64,000 nt of DNA from an uncultured Vicinamibacterales bacterium (GCA_958295905.1 OY282382.1:4034887-4098886); one strand, 5' to 3'; counted from the stretch's first letter, positions 20,363 to 30,741 are shown. The notes: generated from the sequence alone by a model not told the origin. Program-made: numbers and translations.

Positions 20363-20410
20363 GCCCGGAAATCGCCGCCCGCGGCGCCGCCGGCCGACCC
20401 ACAACTCTGC
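20363..20410. repeat. Degenerate single copy of the 83-bp repeat family C
   Basis: CCCGGAAATCGCCGCCCGCGGCGCCG resembles the unit at 29231 and 31758. Confidence 0.45.
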
Positions 20411-20543
20411 CAGCGGTTCGTCACGTCATCATCTTCGAATAGACGGACTTGAGTCGAATGATGCGATTCTCCTGCCTGGGGGACCCGCCTGGGGTTCGAG
20501 GTGAGATCCCCGATGACCCCCGATATTGGATCGCGGCGCCGCG

Positions 20544-21911
20544 CTAGCGTCCGGGGAACCCCATGCCCGGCGGCAGGGGCGCGGCCCGCCGGCCCCGCTT
20601 CCCTTTTCGCGCCCGGGACCCGGCGCCGACCGAGCGCAGCACGCGGCGCATCTCGACGAACTGCTTCAGCAGACGGTTGACCTCCTGGACCGTGGTCCCG
20701 CTCCCGCGGGCGATCCGGCGGCGGCGGCTGCCGTTGATGATCTGATGCCGGCCCCGCTCCCGCGGCGTCATCGAATCGATGATCGCCATGGTGCGCCCGA
20801 GCGCCCGCGGGTCCACGTCGCCGGGCATCTGCGAGGCCATCCCCCCCATCCCGGGGATGAGATCCATCAGGCGATCCAGCGGCCCCATCCGCTTCACGGC
20901 CGTCAACTGATCCCGCATGTCCTGCAGGGTAAAGTCGTTCCGGCGGATCTTCAGCTCCAGCCGCGAGGCCTCTTCGCGGCTGACCACCTGCTCCGCCTTT
21001 TCGACGAGGGACAGGACGTCGCCCATCCCGAGCATCCGCGAGACCAGGCGGTCCGGATGGAACGGATGGAAGTCGTCGATCCGCTCGCCGTCGCCGACGA
21101 AGGTCACCGGCACCCCGACCACCGAGACGACCGACAGCGCCGCGCCGCCGCGGGCGTCCCCGTCCATCTTGGTCAGCACCACGCCGTCGATCCCGATCCG
21201 CCGGTTGAACTCTCCGGCGCTCTTGATCGCGTCCTGCCCCGTCATGGCGTCCGCCACGTAGAGCAGCTCCGACGGCTCGACCGCGACCTTCAGCGTCTCC
21301 AGCTCGCCCATCAGGTCATCCGCGATGTGCAGCCGCCCCGCCGTGTCGACGAGCACCACGTCGAACCCCAGAGACCGCGCCGACTCGACCGCCCCCGCTG
21401 CACGGGCCGCCACGCTCGTGCCCGGATCCGGTTCGTGCACGCGAACGCCGGCGTCGCCGGCCAGCAGCCGCAACTGCTCGATGGCGGCCGGCCGCCGCAC
21501 GTCGGTCGACACCGCCAGCGCGTGCCGACCCTGCCGCTCCAGCCACTTGGCCAGCTTGACAGTCGTGGTGGTCTTTCCCGCCCCCTGCAACCCGAGCAGC
21601 AGCACCACCTGCGGGCGTTGGCGGCTTGGCGGCAGGCCGCCCTGCCCATCGCCCAGCAACGCCCGGAGCTCGTCGCGCACAATGGCCACGACCTGCTGCG
21701 TCGGCGTCAGGCTCTCCAGCACCGAACGGTCGACCGCGCGGTCCCGCACCCGATCGATGAAGGCGCGGACGACCTTGAAGTTGACGTCCGCCTCGAGCAG
21801 GGCCAGCCGGATCTCGCGCAACGCGGTCTCGACCGACTCGGGCGTCAGGCGGGCGTCGCGCCGCACGGCGGCGAACACCGATTGCAGTCGTTCACTCAGC
21901 GAGCCGAACAT
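20544..21911 (-). CDS. ffh: Signal recognition particle protein Ffh
   Basis: ALLEADV, GLQGAGKTTT, DTAGR, TKMDGDARGG, M-domain SRRRRIARGSG. Confidence 0.97.
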   Translation of the reverse strand: MFGSLSERLQSVFAAVRRDARLTPESVETALREIRLALLEADVNFKVVRAFIDRVRDRAVDRSVLESLTPTQQVVAIVRDELRALLGDGQGGLPPSRQRPQVVLLLGLQGAGKTTTTVKLAKWLERQGRHALAVSTDVRRPAAIEQLRLLAGDAGVRVHEPDPGTSVAARAAGAVESARSLGFDVVLVDTAGRLHIADDLMGELETLKVAVEPSELLYVADAMTGQDAIKSAGEFNRRIGIDGVVLTKMDGDARGGAALSVVSVVGVPVTFVGDGERIDDFHPFHPDRLVSRMLGMGDVLSLVEKAEQVVSREEASRLELKIRRNDFTLQDMRDQLTAVKRMGPLDRLMDLIPGMGGMASQMPGDVDPRALGRTMAIIDSMTPRERGRHQIINGSRRRRIARGSGTTVQEVNRLLKQFVEMRRVLRSVGAGSRARKGKRGRRAAPLPPGMGFPGR

Positions 21912-21995
21912 CTGTAACCCAGGGAAGACGGACCGGACGTAACCGCTTATGATAGCGCTCTGGAGGGGCCTATTGTCAACGGAAATGCGGCGGCG

Positions 21996-22170
21996 GGGTG
22001 CGCGTCAGGAAAGTGAGACCACGACGCCGAAGGTATTCGGCTCGGCCGGCCCCCGAGGCGCCCCTTGGTGCCAAGCCCCGACGGCCCGTTCAGAGAGCCT
22101 CGAAGCCGAAACGGGACCGAAATCGCCCCACTCTGACAGTTTCCAGGGGCGGCCGTCTCACAAACCGTCA
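21996..22170. mobile_element. MITE family A, diverged copy
   Basis: Begins GGGTGCGCGTCAGGAAAGTGAG and shares internal blocks (CCGTTC..GCCTCGA..GAAATCGCC) with 33969-34128. Confidence 0.55.
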
Positions 22171-22285
22171 TGATTTGGGGACGCCGATCACCCCCAACGC
22201 CACGAAACGTCGGGGCCTGTTTCAGAAGGAAAGCCGACGTGCGCCCGCAGCGCCGGGGGGTGGCGCGGGGGGTGGCGCGGGTCGT

Positions 22286-23557
22286 TCACACGGATTTCAA
22301 GGTGTGTCCCAGTTTGGCCTTCTTGGTCTGCAGGTACGAACGGGCCGGCCCGGTGGTCGGCACCTCGAGGGCGAGCGAGGCCGCCACCGACAATCCATAG
22401 CCTTCGAGCCCGATGAACTTGCGGGGGTTGTTGGTCAGCAGCCGCATGCTCTTGACCCCGAGTTCGCCCAGAATCTGCGCGCCGATCCCGTAGTCGCGCT
22501 GGTCCGGCTTGAACCCGAGCCGCTCGTTGGCCTCCACCGTGTCATATCCCTGGTCCTGGAGATGATAGGCGCGGATCTTGTTGGTCAGACCGATTCCGCG
22601 GCCCTCCTGGTTCAGATACAGGAGGATGCCCCGGCCCTCGGCCGCAATCCGCTCCATGGCCGCGTGGAGCTGGGGACCGCAGTCGCACCGGGCGGAATGG
22701 AAGACCTCGCCGGTCAGGCAGCGGGAATGCACCCGTACCAGCACGTCGTCGCCGTCTCCGACGTCGCCCCGCACGAGCGCCACGTGGGTCTCGCCGTTGA
22801 CGATGCTCTCGAACGCCACCAGCTCGAAATCACCGTGGTCGGTCGGCAGCTTCGACGACGCCACCCGCCGCACCAGCCGCTCGTTGCGCATGCGGTACTT
22901 GATCAGATCGGCGATCGTGATCATGAGCAGCTTGTGCCGGCGTGCGAACCGCCGCAACTGCGGCACCCGGGCCATGGTGCCGTCGTCATTCATGATCTCG
23001 CAGATGACCCCGACGGGATGGAGGCCGGCAATGCGCGCCAGATCGACCGCCGCTTCAGTCTGACCGGCCCGCACCAGCACCCCGCCGTCCCGCGCCCGCA
23101 GCGGAAACATGTGGCCGGGACGGGCGAGATCCCGCGGTTGCGTGGTCGGATCCGCGGCGACCCGGGCGGTGGTGGCCCGATCGGACGCCGAGATGCCCGT
23201 GCTCGTCGACTCCTTCGCCTCGATCGACACGCAGAACGCGGTGGCGAACTGGGACGTGTTCTCCCGCACCATGAGCGGCACATCCAGACGATCCAGCCAA
23301 GCTCCGGTCATCGGGAGACAGATCAGACCCCGCCCGTGCTTCGCCATGAAGTTGATCAGCTCGGGGGTCGTCTTCTCGGCCGCGATCGTCAGATCGCCTT
23401 CGTTCTCGCGGTCCTCGTCGTCGACGACGATGACCATCCGCCCCTCGCGAATCGCGTCCACCGCCTCGTCGACCGGGGCGAATGGTCCGCGGTGCGGCGC
23501 ATCCGCCAGCGACAACCGCCCGCGCGGAGCCGGCCCGCCGGGGCTCTCCTCAGCCAT
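22286..23557 (-). CDS. ribBA: Bifunctional DHBP synthase / GTP cyclohydrolase II
   Basis: DDEDRENEGD, PGHMFPL, RVHSRCLTGE, RCDCG, QEGRGIGL, LLTNNP. Confidence 0.97.
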   Translation of the reverse strand: MAEESPGGPAPRGRLSLADAPHRGPFAPVDEAVDAIREGRMVIVVDDEDRENEGDLTIAAEKTTPELINFMAKHGRGLICLPMTGAWLDRLDVPLMVRENTSQFATAFCVSIEAKESTSTGISASDRATTARVAADPTTQPRDLARPGHMFPLRARDGGVLVRAGQTEAAVDLARIAGLHPVGVICEIMNDDGTMARVPQLRRFARRHKLLMITIADLIKYRMRNERLVRRVASSKLPTDHGDFELVAFESIVNGETHVALVRGDVGDGDDVLVRVHSRCLTGEVFHSARCDCGPQLHAAMERIAAEGRGILLYLNQEGRGIGLTNKIRAYHLQDQGYDTVEANERLGFKPDQRDYGIGAQILGELGVKSMRLLTNNPRKFIGLEGYGLSVAASLALEVPTTGPARSYLQTKKAKLGHTLKSV

Positions 23558-24179
23558 GACGCTCCCCGCCGCCGTCGGCGCCCCCCCCGAACTCTCCGAC
23601 CTCCAGGGCCCGGACGACATGCTTTCCGATGATATCGCACTCCAGGTTGACGACGGCGCCGACCGCGGCCCGCCCCAGAGTGGTGTGGTCCCAGGTGTAA
23701 GGCACGATCTGCACGTCGAAACCGGTGTCCCGCAGTCCGGCCACCGTCAGGCTGATCCCGTCGACGGCGATCGACCCCTTGCGAACCAAGTAGGGAGACA
23801 ACGCGGCGGGAAACGACGCGGAGATCCAGTGGAACTCCGCCTCGTGCCGGATGGCTTCGATGAGGCCGGTGCCGTCGACATGGCCCTGCACGAAGTGCCC
23901 GCCGACCCGCGCGTCCGCGCGCATGGACCGTTCCAGGTTCACCGCGTCCCGCAGTCTCAGAGCGCCCAGATTGGTCACCCGCCGCGTCTCGGGGGACACC
24001 TCCGCGGAGAACGACGCCTCATCCGCCCGGATCACGGTGAGGCAGACGCCGTTGACCGCGATGCTCTCCCCGAGGACGAGCTCGCGGGCCACCGCGGTCC
24101 GCACCCCCAACCGCAACCCCGCGGGGATCGCCGTCAGCTCGGTCACCTCGCCGAGCGCTTCAATCAAACCGTTGAACAT
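23550..24179 (-). CDS. ribE: Riboflavin synthase (alpha chain)
   Basis: MFNGLIE, SIAVNGVCLTV, GGHFVQGHVD, KGSIAVDGISLTV. Confidence 0.95.
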   Translation of the reverse strand: MFNGLIEALGEVTELTAIPAGLRLGVRTAVARELVLGESIAVNGVCLTVIRADEASFSAEVSPETRRVTNLGALRLRDAVNLERSMRADARVGGHFVQGHVDGTGLIEAIRHEAEFHWISASFPAALSPYLVRKGSIAVDGISLTVAGLRDTGFDVQIVPYTWDHTTLGRAAVGAVVNLECDIIGKHVVRALEVGEFGGGADGGGERHG

Positions 24180-25242
24180 CGGCCTCCAACAGAACGTCCC
24201 CGCCCAGACAGCGCGTCCGCACCGGGCCGAGGGCCGCAAACGAGAAACGCGCGTCCGCCATCCACGGCACCCCGGCCGGCGCCAGGGTCACGGGACACAG
24301 ATACAACCGAACCCGATCGACGATCCCCGCCGCCCACGCCGCCCGATGGACGTCCGCGCCGCCCTCGATCAGCAGGTCGCTGACCCCGTAAGCGAGAAGC
24401 CGCGAGGCCGCCAGGGCGGGATCGCGCGCCGGCAACCGTTCGACGGCGGCGCCCGCCCCCTCCAACGCCGCCGCCCGCTCGGGCCAGGCGTCCGCCGCGG
24501 CCTCGGTGGTCATGACCACCACCGGACCATGGGCCAGGGTCGTCAGCACGCGGGCGTCCGCCGGAGTACGCATCCGTGTGTCGAACAGCACCCTCACGAA
24601 GGGACGCCGTCGAGGGCGGCCCCGGGCCGTGAGCTGCGGATCGTCCACGAGGACCGTCTCCGATCCGATCCCGATGGCGTCCACGAGGGCGCGTGTGTCG
24701 TGCGCATGGTCCTGCGCCGACCGGCCGGTGAGCGGGGTCCGCCTTCCGGGCGCGGCCGCGATGCGGCCATCGAGACTCACCGCCGCCTTCAGGGTCACGA
24801 ACGGCCGCCGGCGCCTCTTCACGGTGAAGAACGCCTCGTTCAGGCGCGCGGCGCGCCGGCGGCCGACCCCCACCGCGACCTCGACCCCGCGGGCCCGCAG
24901 ATGCCGGACGCCCCCGCCGTCCACGCGGGGGTCGGGATCCTCGACCCCGACCACCACCCTGCGCACGCCGGCCTCGACGATACGGTCCACGCACGGACCG
25001 GTCCGGCCGGTATGGCAGCAGGGCTCGAGCGTGCAATAGAGCGTCGCCCCGCGGGCCGCCGCGCCGGCCTCCTCGAGGGCGACGACCTCGGCGTGCGGGG
25101 CGCCGGCCCCGACGTGATACCCGCGCCCCACAATCCGCCCCCCGTTCCAGAGGACCGCTCCCACCATCGGATTGGGACTCGTGGCCCCATGCCCGCGCGC
25201 CGCGAGCTCGAGGGCCAGCGCCATCAGGGCGTCGTCCGTCAT
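24160..25242 (-). CDS. ribD: Diaminohydroxyphosphoribosylaminopyrimidine deaminase / reductase
   Basis: PNPMVGA, HAE, TLEPCCH..PC, SLDG, IEGG. Confidence 0.97.
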   Translation of the reverse strand: MTDDALMALALELAARGHGATSPNPMVGAVLWNGGRIVGRGYHVGAGAPHAEVVALEEAGAAARGATLYCTLEPCCHTGRTGPCVDRIVEAGVRRVVVGVEDPDPRVDGGGVRHLRARGVEVAVGVGRRRAARLNEAFFTVKRRRRPFVTLKAAVSLDGRIAAAPGRRTPLTGRSAQDHAHDTRALVDAIGIGSETVLVDDPQLTARGRPRRRPFVRVLFDTRMRTPADARVLTTLAHGPVVVMTTEAAADAWPERAAALEGAGAAVERLPARDPALAASRLLAYGVSDLLIEGGADVHRAAWAAGIVDRVRLYLCPVTLAPAGVPWMADARFSFAALGPVRTRCLGGDVLLEADVQRFD

Positions 25243-25288
25243 GTCGGCCCGAACCGGCGGGACACCATCGCCGCGGCCCCCCTCTCGG

Positions 25289-26215
25289 TCACCATCCCGA
25301 TTCGAACAGGGCGTCCACGTACTCCACCGGCGAGAACGGGAGCAGATCCTCGATCTGCTCTCCGACCCCGACGTAGCGGATGGGAACCCCGAGTTCCGCC
25401 GTGATCGCCGCCGCGATCCCGCCCTTCGCGGTGCCGTCCAACTTCGTCAGCACGATCCCGGTGACCCCCGCCGACTCGAGAAACGCCCGGGCCTGGGACA
25501 ACCCGTTCTGGCCCACCGTGGCGTCGAGCACGAGCAGGGTCTCGTGCGGCGCCCCCTCGACCGCCTTCCCCGCCACGCGCCGAATCTTGTCGAGCTCACC
25601 CATGAGGTTCGAGCGGGTGTGGAGGCGGCCGGCGGTGTCGACCAGGACCACGTCTCGGCCCCGCGCCTTCCCGGAGGAAATCGCATCGAAGACCACCGCC
25701 GCGGGGTCGGATCCGGGACGAGCCCGGACGAAGTCCGCGTCCACCCGCCGGGCCCAGACCTCCAGTTGCTCGACCGCGGCCGCCCGAAAGGTGTCCGCGG
25801 CGCAGATGACCGGCCGTTCGCCGGCGTCCATGACCAACCGCGCCAACCGGCCCACGGTGGTGGTCTTTCCGGTCCCGTTGACCCCGACGACGAGCACCAC
25901 GCGGGGGCGGGCCGCGGGCGCGGGGGCGGGGTTGGCGGCATCGAGCACCCGCAGCAGCTCGGCCCTGACCACCGAGCGCAGATCCCCGTCGCCGGCCCGA
26001 TCGCGCGCCGCCTCGACGAGACGGGTGGTCGCCGCGACCCCGAGATCCGCTTCGAGCAGGATCTCCTCGAGAGCATCAAGGGTGTCGATGGCCGCGACCG
26101 CCCCGCCGCGCGCGCCGCGGGCCGCGGGCCGGGCGTCCGGCAGACCGTCGAAACGCCCCCGCAACTGGTCGGCGGTCCGTCGCAGACCGGTCCGGAGTCG
26201 TTCAAGCAGGCTCAC
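25289..26215 (-). CDS. ftsY: SRP receptor FtsY
   Basis: GVNGTGKTTT, DTFRAAA, DTAGRLH, TKLDGTAKGG. Confidence 0.97.
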   Translation of the reverse strand: MSLLERLRTGLRRTADQLRGRFDGLPDARPAARGARGGAVAAIDTLDALEEILLEADLGVAATTRLVEAARDRAGDGDLRSVVRAELLRVLDAANPAPAPAARPRVVLVVGVNGTGKTTTVGRLARLVMDAGERPVICAADTFRAAAVEQLEVWARRVDADFVRARPGSDPAAVVFDAISSGKARGRDVVLVDTAGRLHTRSNLMGELDKIRRVAGKAVEGAPHETLLVLDATVGQNGLSQARAFLESAGVTGIVLTKLDGTAKGGIAAAITAELGVPIRYVGVGEQIEDLLPFSPVEYVDALFESGW

Positions 26216-26227
26216 GGTTTCCCTTCC

Positions 26228-27235
26228 TCACAGGCCGTCGGATTCATGGCGCTGCCGGCGCAGCATGAGTTCTTCGACCGCCGTCCGCACGTCGATGCGG
26301 CCGGCCAACACCTCACCCATCTGGACGGCTATCGGCAGATCCACCCCGTGCCGGCGTCCGAGCTCGAGGGCCGCGCCGGTGGTCTTCACGCCCTCCGCCA
26401 CCGACTGCATGCCCGCCAGTATCTCATCGAGGGCCCGGCCCCGGCCGAGCTCGCGGCCGACGTGCCAGTTCCGGCTCAGGCCCCCGGTGCACGTCAGCAC
26501 CAGGTCACCCAGACCGCTCAGGCCGGCCAGGGTCTCGCGCCGCCCGCCCAGGGCGCACGCCAACCGGGAGATCTCCGCAAGGCCGCGGGTGATGAGAGCG
26601 GCGAGGGCGTTCGGTCCCAGATCCAGCCCATCGACAACGCCGGCCGCGATGGCGATCACGTTCTTCATCGCGCCGCCCACTTCGACGCCGATGACGTCGT
26701 CGCTGGCGTACAGCCTGAAGTACGAGCCGGCCCGAAGCTCCTGCTGCACCGTGCCGACGGCTTCGCGGCATCGACCCGCCACCGACACCGCGGTGGGCGC
26801 CGCCCGCGCGAGCTCCGCCGCAAACGACGGACCGGAGAGCACCACCACCGGGCGCGACGGGCCCAGCTCCTGCTCGATCACCTCCGACACGCGATTCAGC
26901 GTACCGACCTCGAACCCCTTGGCCGCGCTCACGATCGTCGTTCGCGGGCCGAACCGCGGCGCGGCGCGGCGCAGCAGCGCGCGGGCGCCGTGCGACGGCA
27001 CCGCGAGCACGGCGGCATCCGCCCCGCCGACCGCCTCTTCGAGGGACGCGGTCGGCGCGACCGCCGGCGGCAGGGTCGCTCCCGGCAGATACGGCGCATT
27101 GACGCGATCCCGCCGCAACCGCGCCACGAGCTCGGGGCTGCGCCCCCACAGCCGCGGCCGCTTCCCCAACCGGGCAAGATGAATCGCCAGCGCGGTGCCC
27201 CAGGCGCCGGCCCCCAGAACCGCAACGTCGTTCAT
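26228..27235 (-). CDS. gpsA: NAD(P)H-dependent glycerol-3-phosphate dehydrogenase
   Basis: GAGAWGTALA, LSGPSFA, KNVIAIAAG, GLGDLVLTC..SRN. Confidence 0.96.
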   Translation of the reverse strand: MNDVAVLGAGAWGTALAIHLARLGKRPRLWGRSPELVARLRRDRVNAPYLPGATLPPAVAPTASLEEAVGGADAAVLAVPSHGARALLRRAAPRFGPRTTIVSAAKGFEVGTLNRVSEVIEQELGPSRPVVVLSGPSFAAELARAAPTAVSVAGRCREAVGTVQQELRAGSYFRLYASDDVIGVEVGGAMKNVIAIAAGVVDGLDLGPNALAALITRGLAEISRLACALGGRRETLAGLSGLGDLVLTCTGGLSRNWHVGRELGRGRALDEILAGMQSVAEGVKTTGAALELGRRHGVDLPIAVQMGEVLAGRIDVRTAVEELMLRRQRHESDGL

Positions 27236-27280
27236 CGATTCGCCCGTCCCGCCACCATCACCGCGATCCACTGTACACGC

Positions 27281-27868
27281 TCACGCGCCGGCGAACCGCC
27301 GCAGCGGAGCCGATTCGAGCACGTGATGGCGGGCGCCGCGAGGCGTCAACCGGCTCTCGTAGAGGGTTACGTGATCGACCACCCACCGCGGCGTCTCCGG
27401 CCGAACCTCCGACCAGGCCCGGACCAAGTCGTACCGCTTCCACGCCGCCCACCTCTTCGTCCGGCCCAACGTGAGATGCGCCCGAAACGCTCGGGATTCC
27501 GGCGGGCAGCCCGCCGACGCCAGCCGCCGATCGAGCTCCGCTCTGACGGCGACCATGGCGTCACGCCCCTCGTCGAGGCCCAGCCACACCACGCGCGGTG
27601 TCCCGGACGCCGGAAAACGATCGAGACCCGACATTCGGGCGGTAAACGCGCCGGTCACGAAAGGCGGCCGGAACACGCCCCGCACCGCATCCGCATCGGC
27701 TTCCGTGCTCTCACCGAGAAAACGGAGCGTGACGTGCAACTGTTCCGGCGGGACCCACCGAATCCGCCTCGACGCCTCTCCCTCCAGACGGCTGGCCAGG
27801 GCCCGGACCGTGCGCGCGGCCGCGGCGCGGGCCGTCGGGTCCGGGTCAACAGCGGCGAAGAGTCTCAC
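27281..27868 (-). CDS. thpR: RNA 2',3'-cyclic phosphodiesterase (2H family)
   Basis: RLFAA start, two HxT motifs (LHVTL, AHLTL); follows cinA with GTGA overlap. Confidence 0.9.
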   Translation of the reverse strand: MRLFAAVDPDPTARAAAARTVRALASRLEGEASRRIRWVPPEQLHVTLRFLGESTEADADAVRGVFRPPFVTGAFTARMSGLDRFPASGTPRVVWLGLDEGRDAMVAVRAELDRRLASAGCPPESRAFRAHLTLGRTKRWAAWKRYDLVRAWSEVRPETPRWVVDHVTLYESRLTPRGARHHVLESAPLRRFAGA

Positions 27869-29169
27869 GTTCCCCCGCACCCCCGCAGCAGCGCCCGCCG
27901 CAGCAGATCCAACGCGATCCGGGCGGCCTGACCGCGGACCATCGCGCGGTCGCCGGGCAGGCGCACGGTGGTCGCGACCTCGGCGGTTCCCGGCCCCGCG
28001 ACCGCGATGCAAACGGTGCCGACGGGCTTGGCGTCGGTGCCGCCGCCGGGCCCGGCCACGCCGGTGACGCCCACCCCGAGATCGGCGCCGCCCACCCGCC
28101 GCGCGCCGTCCGCCATCGCCAGCGCCACCGCTTCACTGACCGCGCCGTGCGCCTCGAGGACCCCCGGCGGCACCCCCAGCACCGCCCGCTTGACGGCGTT
28201 GGAATAGGCGACGATGCCGGCCTCGACGTAGCCGGAGCTTCCCGGCACGTCCACGAGCCGCGCCATCACCAGTCCACCGGTGCACGACTCCCCCACCGCG
28301 ACCCGGAGGCGCTCACGCGCGAGCAACGCCCCGACGACCTCCGGCAGCGAACGGCCATCGGTGCTGAACAGGTCGTCTCCCAGCGTCTCCGCCAGCTCCC
28401 CGGTCGCCCCGTCGAGAACTGCGGCGGCCGCCGGCTCCGAATCGGCTCGGGTCGACAGGTGCAGCTCGACGAGCCCCGGCGACGCCAGCACGGTGGTCTC
28501 GACCCCCGGCTCGGCGCGCCGCCATCGCTCGTAGACCGGTTGGGCCCGCTCCTCGACATGCGATTCCCCGCGGCCCGCCACGCGCAGCACCCGCCGATAC
28601 AGCCGCCGCGACGTCGCCTGCGCGGCGAGTCGCCCCTGCACCAGCCCGGTGAACATCGGCTCGAGCTCGCGCGGCGGCCCCGGAAGCAGGACGATCACCC
28701 GGCCGAGGTGCTCCATCCAGAGTCCCGGGGCGGTACCCCGCGGGTTGTCGAGCGCGACCGCGCCCGCCGGCACCCGAGCCTGACGCCGGTTGTTGGCCGG
28801 CATCGTCCAGCCCCGGCGGGCGAAACGGGCCTGCAACCGCGCGACGATGGCCGGATTTTCGCTCAACGGGCGATCGAGCACCCGCGCGACGGTCTCCCGC
28901 GTCAGGTCGTCCTCCGTCGGCCCGAGCCCGCCGCAGATCACGAGTAGCTCGACCCGCCCGAGCGCGGATTGCACGGCCGCCGCCAAGTCGTCGACACGGT
29001 CGCCGACAATCGACTTGCGGCGGACGACGATACCGAGCTCGTTGAGTCCGGCCGTCAGGAACAACGAGTTCGTATCGGACCGGAACGGTGTCAGCAATTC
29101 CGTTCCCACCGCGATGATCTCGGCCGTCGAGAGAGGCTGGTCCGACTGCCGGGCGGTCGTCGGTTTCAT
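27865..29169 (-). CDS. cinA: CinA (MoCF-like domain plus NMN deamidase PncC domain)
   Basis: AEIIAVGTELL, GGLGPTEDD, LPGPPRE, ESCTGG, HGAVS, TGVAGP. Confidence 0.95.
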   Translation of the reverse strand: MKPTTARQSDQPLSTAEIIAVGTELLTPFRSDTNSLFLTAGLNELGIVVRRKSIVGDRVDDLAAAVQSALGRVELLVICGGLGPTEDDLTRETVARVLDRPLSENPAIVARLQARFARRGWTMPANNRRQARVPAGAVALDNPRGTAPGLWMEHLGRVIVLLPGPPRELEPMFTGLVQGRLAAQATSRRLYRRVLRVAGRGESHVEERAQPVYERWRRAEPGVETTVLASPGLVELHLSTRADSEPAAAAVLDGATGELAETLGDDLFSTDGRSLPEVVGALLARERLRVAVGESCTGGLVMARLVDVPGSSGYVEAGIVAYSNAVKRAVLGVPPGVLEAHGAVSEAVALAMADGARRVGGADLGVGVTGVAGPGGGTDAKPVGTVCIAVAGPGTAEVATTVRLPGDRAMVRGQAARIALDLLRRALLRGCGGT

Positions 29170-29230
29170 CGGCTTGGCTTGGCGAACCTGCAAATGAAGA
29201 CTCGTGTGTGAGGGGGGGCGCCAAACATAG

Positions 29231-29390
29231 CCCGGAAATCGTCGCCGGCGGCGCCGTTGGCCGCCCAACCAATCCGCCGGAAGTCCGCGCCGTGCTACGC
29301 CGCAGACCCCTGCCCCGGAAATCGTCGCCGGCAGCGCCGTTGGCCGCCAAACCAACCCGCCGGAAGTCCGCGCCGTGCTACGCCGCAGAC
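29231..29390. repeat. Tandem 83-bp repeat, about 2 copies (family C)
   Basis: CCCGGAAATCGTCGCCGGC..GCCGTTGGCCGCC..ACCAA..CCGCCGGAAGTCCGCGCCGTGCTACGCCGCAGAC starts at 29231 and 29314. Confidence 0.9.
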
Positions 29391-29408
29391 TCTTGGCGAC
29401 GATTCGGA

Positions 29409-29891
29409 TCAAGTCCCCGCCAGCCAGAGGAGGAGACGAAGCAACGCCTGCGCGTAGAGCCCGGCCACGAGATCGTCCGCCATCACGCCCCACCCTCCGG
29501 GAAGCCGTTCCGCCCGCCGGGCGGGGAACGGTTTCACGATGTCGAACAGGCGGAATGCGAAAAACCCGACCACCGCGCCTCCGAAGCCGACGGGAACCGC
29601 GGCCAGCGTCAGGAGCATCCCGGCCGTCTCGTCGATGACGATGAGGCCCGGGTCCCGGCGGCGATACGCCGTTTCGGCCCGCGACGCGACCGACACCCCG
29701 ACCGCGGTCACCGCGATCAGGACCAACCCCTCGACCGCCAACGACCCGGATGCGCGGACCGCCCAGAACAGCGCCAGCCCCGCCATCGACCCGACGGTTC
29801 CCGGGGCGGCCGGCGCATGGCCGCAGGGGCCGAGGGTGGCAATCCCGAGGGCCGCCCGATCGAACCATCCCTCCGTCGAACGCGCCGTCAC
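29409..29891 (-). CDS. pgpA: Phosphatidylglycerophosphatase A
   Basis: APGTVGS, DPGLIVIDE, FRLFDIVKP, GVMADD. Confidence 0.93.
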   Translation of the reverse strand: MTARSTEGWFDRAALGIATLGPCGHAPAAPGTVGSMAGLALFWAVRASGSLAVEGLVLIAVTAVGVSVASRAETAYRRRDPGLIVIDETAGMLLTLAAVPVGFGGAVVGFFAFRLFDIVKPFPARRAERLPGGWGVMADDLVAGLYAQALLRLLLWLAGT

Positions 29892-30697
29892 CGCGTCCCG
29901 CGCTCCGGTTGCGGTTCGTGCGCGGCCGGCGGCACGGCCAGCACCCGGGTACCCGAGAGCACATCGTGCAGGGCGCGCCCCCGGCGCTCGAAGAACATCC
30001 AGACGACACCGATGCCCGCGGCCAGCAAGACCGGGGCCCACACCGTCCGGAGCACCGCCTTCGCCACGGAGACGGGACGGCCCGCCGCATCCGCCACGCG
30101 CAGGCCCCACGCCATCTTGCCGATCGTCTGCCCCCCCGCCGCCGTCAGGCCGACGACGTATCCCGCGTTCAACAGGCCCAGGAACACCACGAGGGGCGGC
30201 CACGGCAGAACGTCGAACGATTGCACGTCCAATTCGGTGAGTCTGAGGGTCAACCAGACCACGGCGGCGTCCAGGCCGGCCAACAGCGCAAGGTCGCAGC
30301 ATCCGGCCGCCACCCGCACGGCGGGACGCGCCGCCCGCAGCCCGGCCGGCTCGGCCGGCGGCGATGCCGCATCGGAAGAAGAAGGAGCGCGGCGTGGCGA
30401 CTCACTCGACCCCGTGCGCCGGTCCGAGTGCGGCGATCGCCTGACGCGGAGGGGCGCCGGGACCCGCGGTTGAGGGGCCCGGGGCTCCGGCTCCGGCGGG
30501 AACAGCAGCAGGTCGGCGGCCGGGGGCGCATCCCGCTCCGGAAGCGAACGGGAATCCCGGCGGCGCCCGGACCGGTCGGGACGCGGGGAGGTCAGAGCCA
30601 CCTCCCGCCTCCGCCGGCCGGTCGAGGGCCGGCGGGCTCCCGCCACCGTCTCCTGCAGACGACACCCATGGGCAGAGGTTATTGTACCAGGCGGCAT
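29888..30697 (-). CDS. RDD-family membrane protein
   Basis: RVAAGCCD, GQTIGK..GLRV, ALHD..SGTRV; low-complexity N-terminus, start uncertain. Confidence 0.8.
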   Translation of the reverse strand: MPPGTITSAHGCRLQETVAGARRPSTGRRRREVALTSPRPDRSGRRRDSRSLPERDAPPAADLLLFPPEPEPRAPQPRVPAPLRVRRSPHSDRRTGSSESPRRAPSSSDAASPPAEPAGLRAARPAVRVAAGCCDLALLAGLDAAVVWLTLRLTELDVQSFDVLPWPPLVVFLGLLNAGYVVGLTAAGGQTIGKMAWGLRVADAAGRPVSVAKAVLRTVWAPVLLAAGIGVVWMFFERRGRALHDVLSGTRVLAVPPAAHEPQPERGTR

Positions 30698-30741
30698 CGC
30701 GGACCGCCGCCAACCCGCAAGGCCTGTGTTATACCTGCGGC

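Noticed and set aside
20308-20543. SRP RNA or ribosomal leader between ffh and rpsP
   Set aside because: No SRP helix-8 signature recognised; only weak hairpins and a degenerate family C repeat
25243-25288. FMN riboswitch upstream of ribD
   Set aside because: Only 46 bp separate ftsY and ribD and no RFN consensus is visible
25172-27931. Long antisense or alternate-frame ORFs (e.g. 25172-27931, 40811-43132, 54012-56519, 842-2491)
   Set aside because: Shadow ORFs of high-GC coding regions; Arg/Pro/Gly-rich and without recognisable motifs
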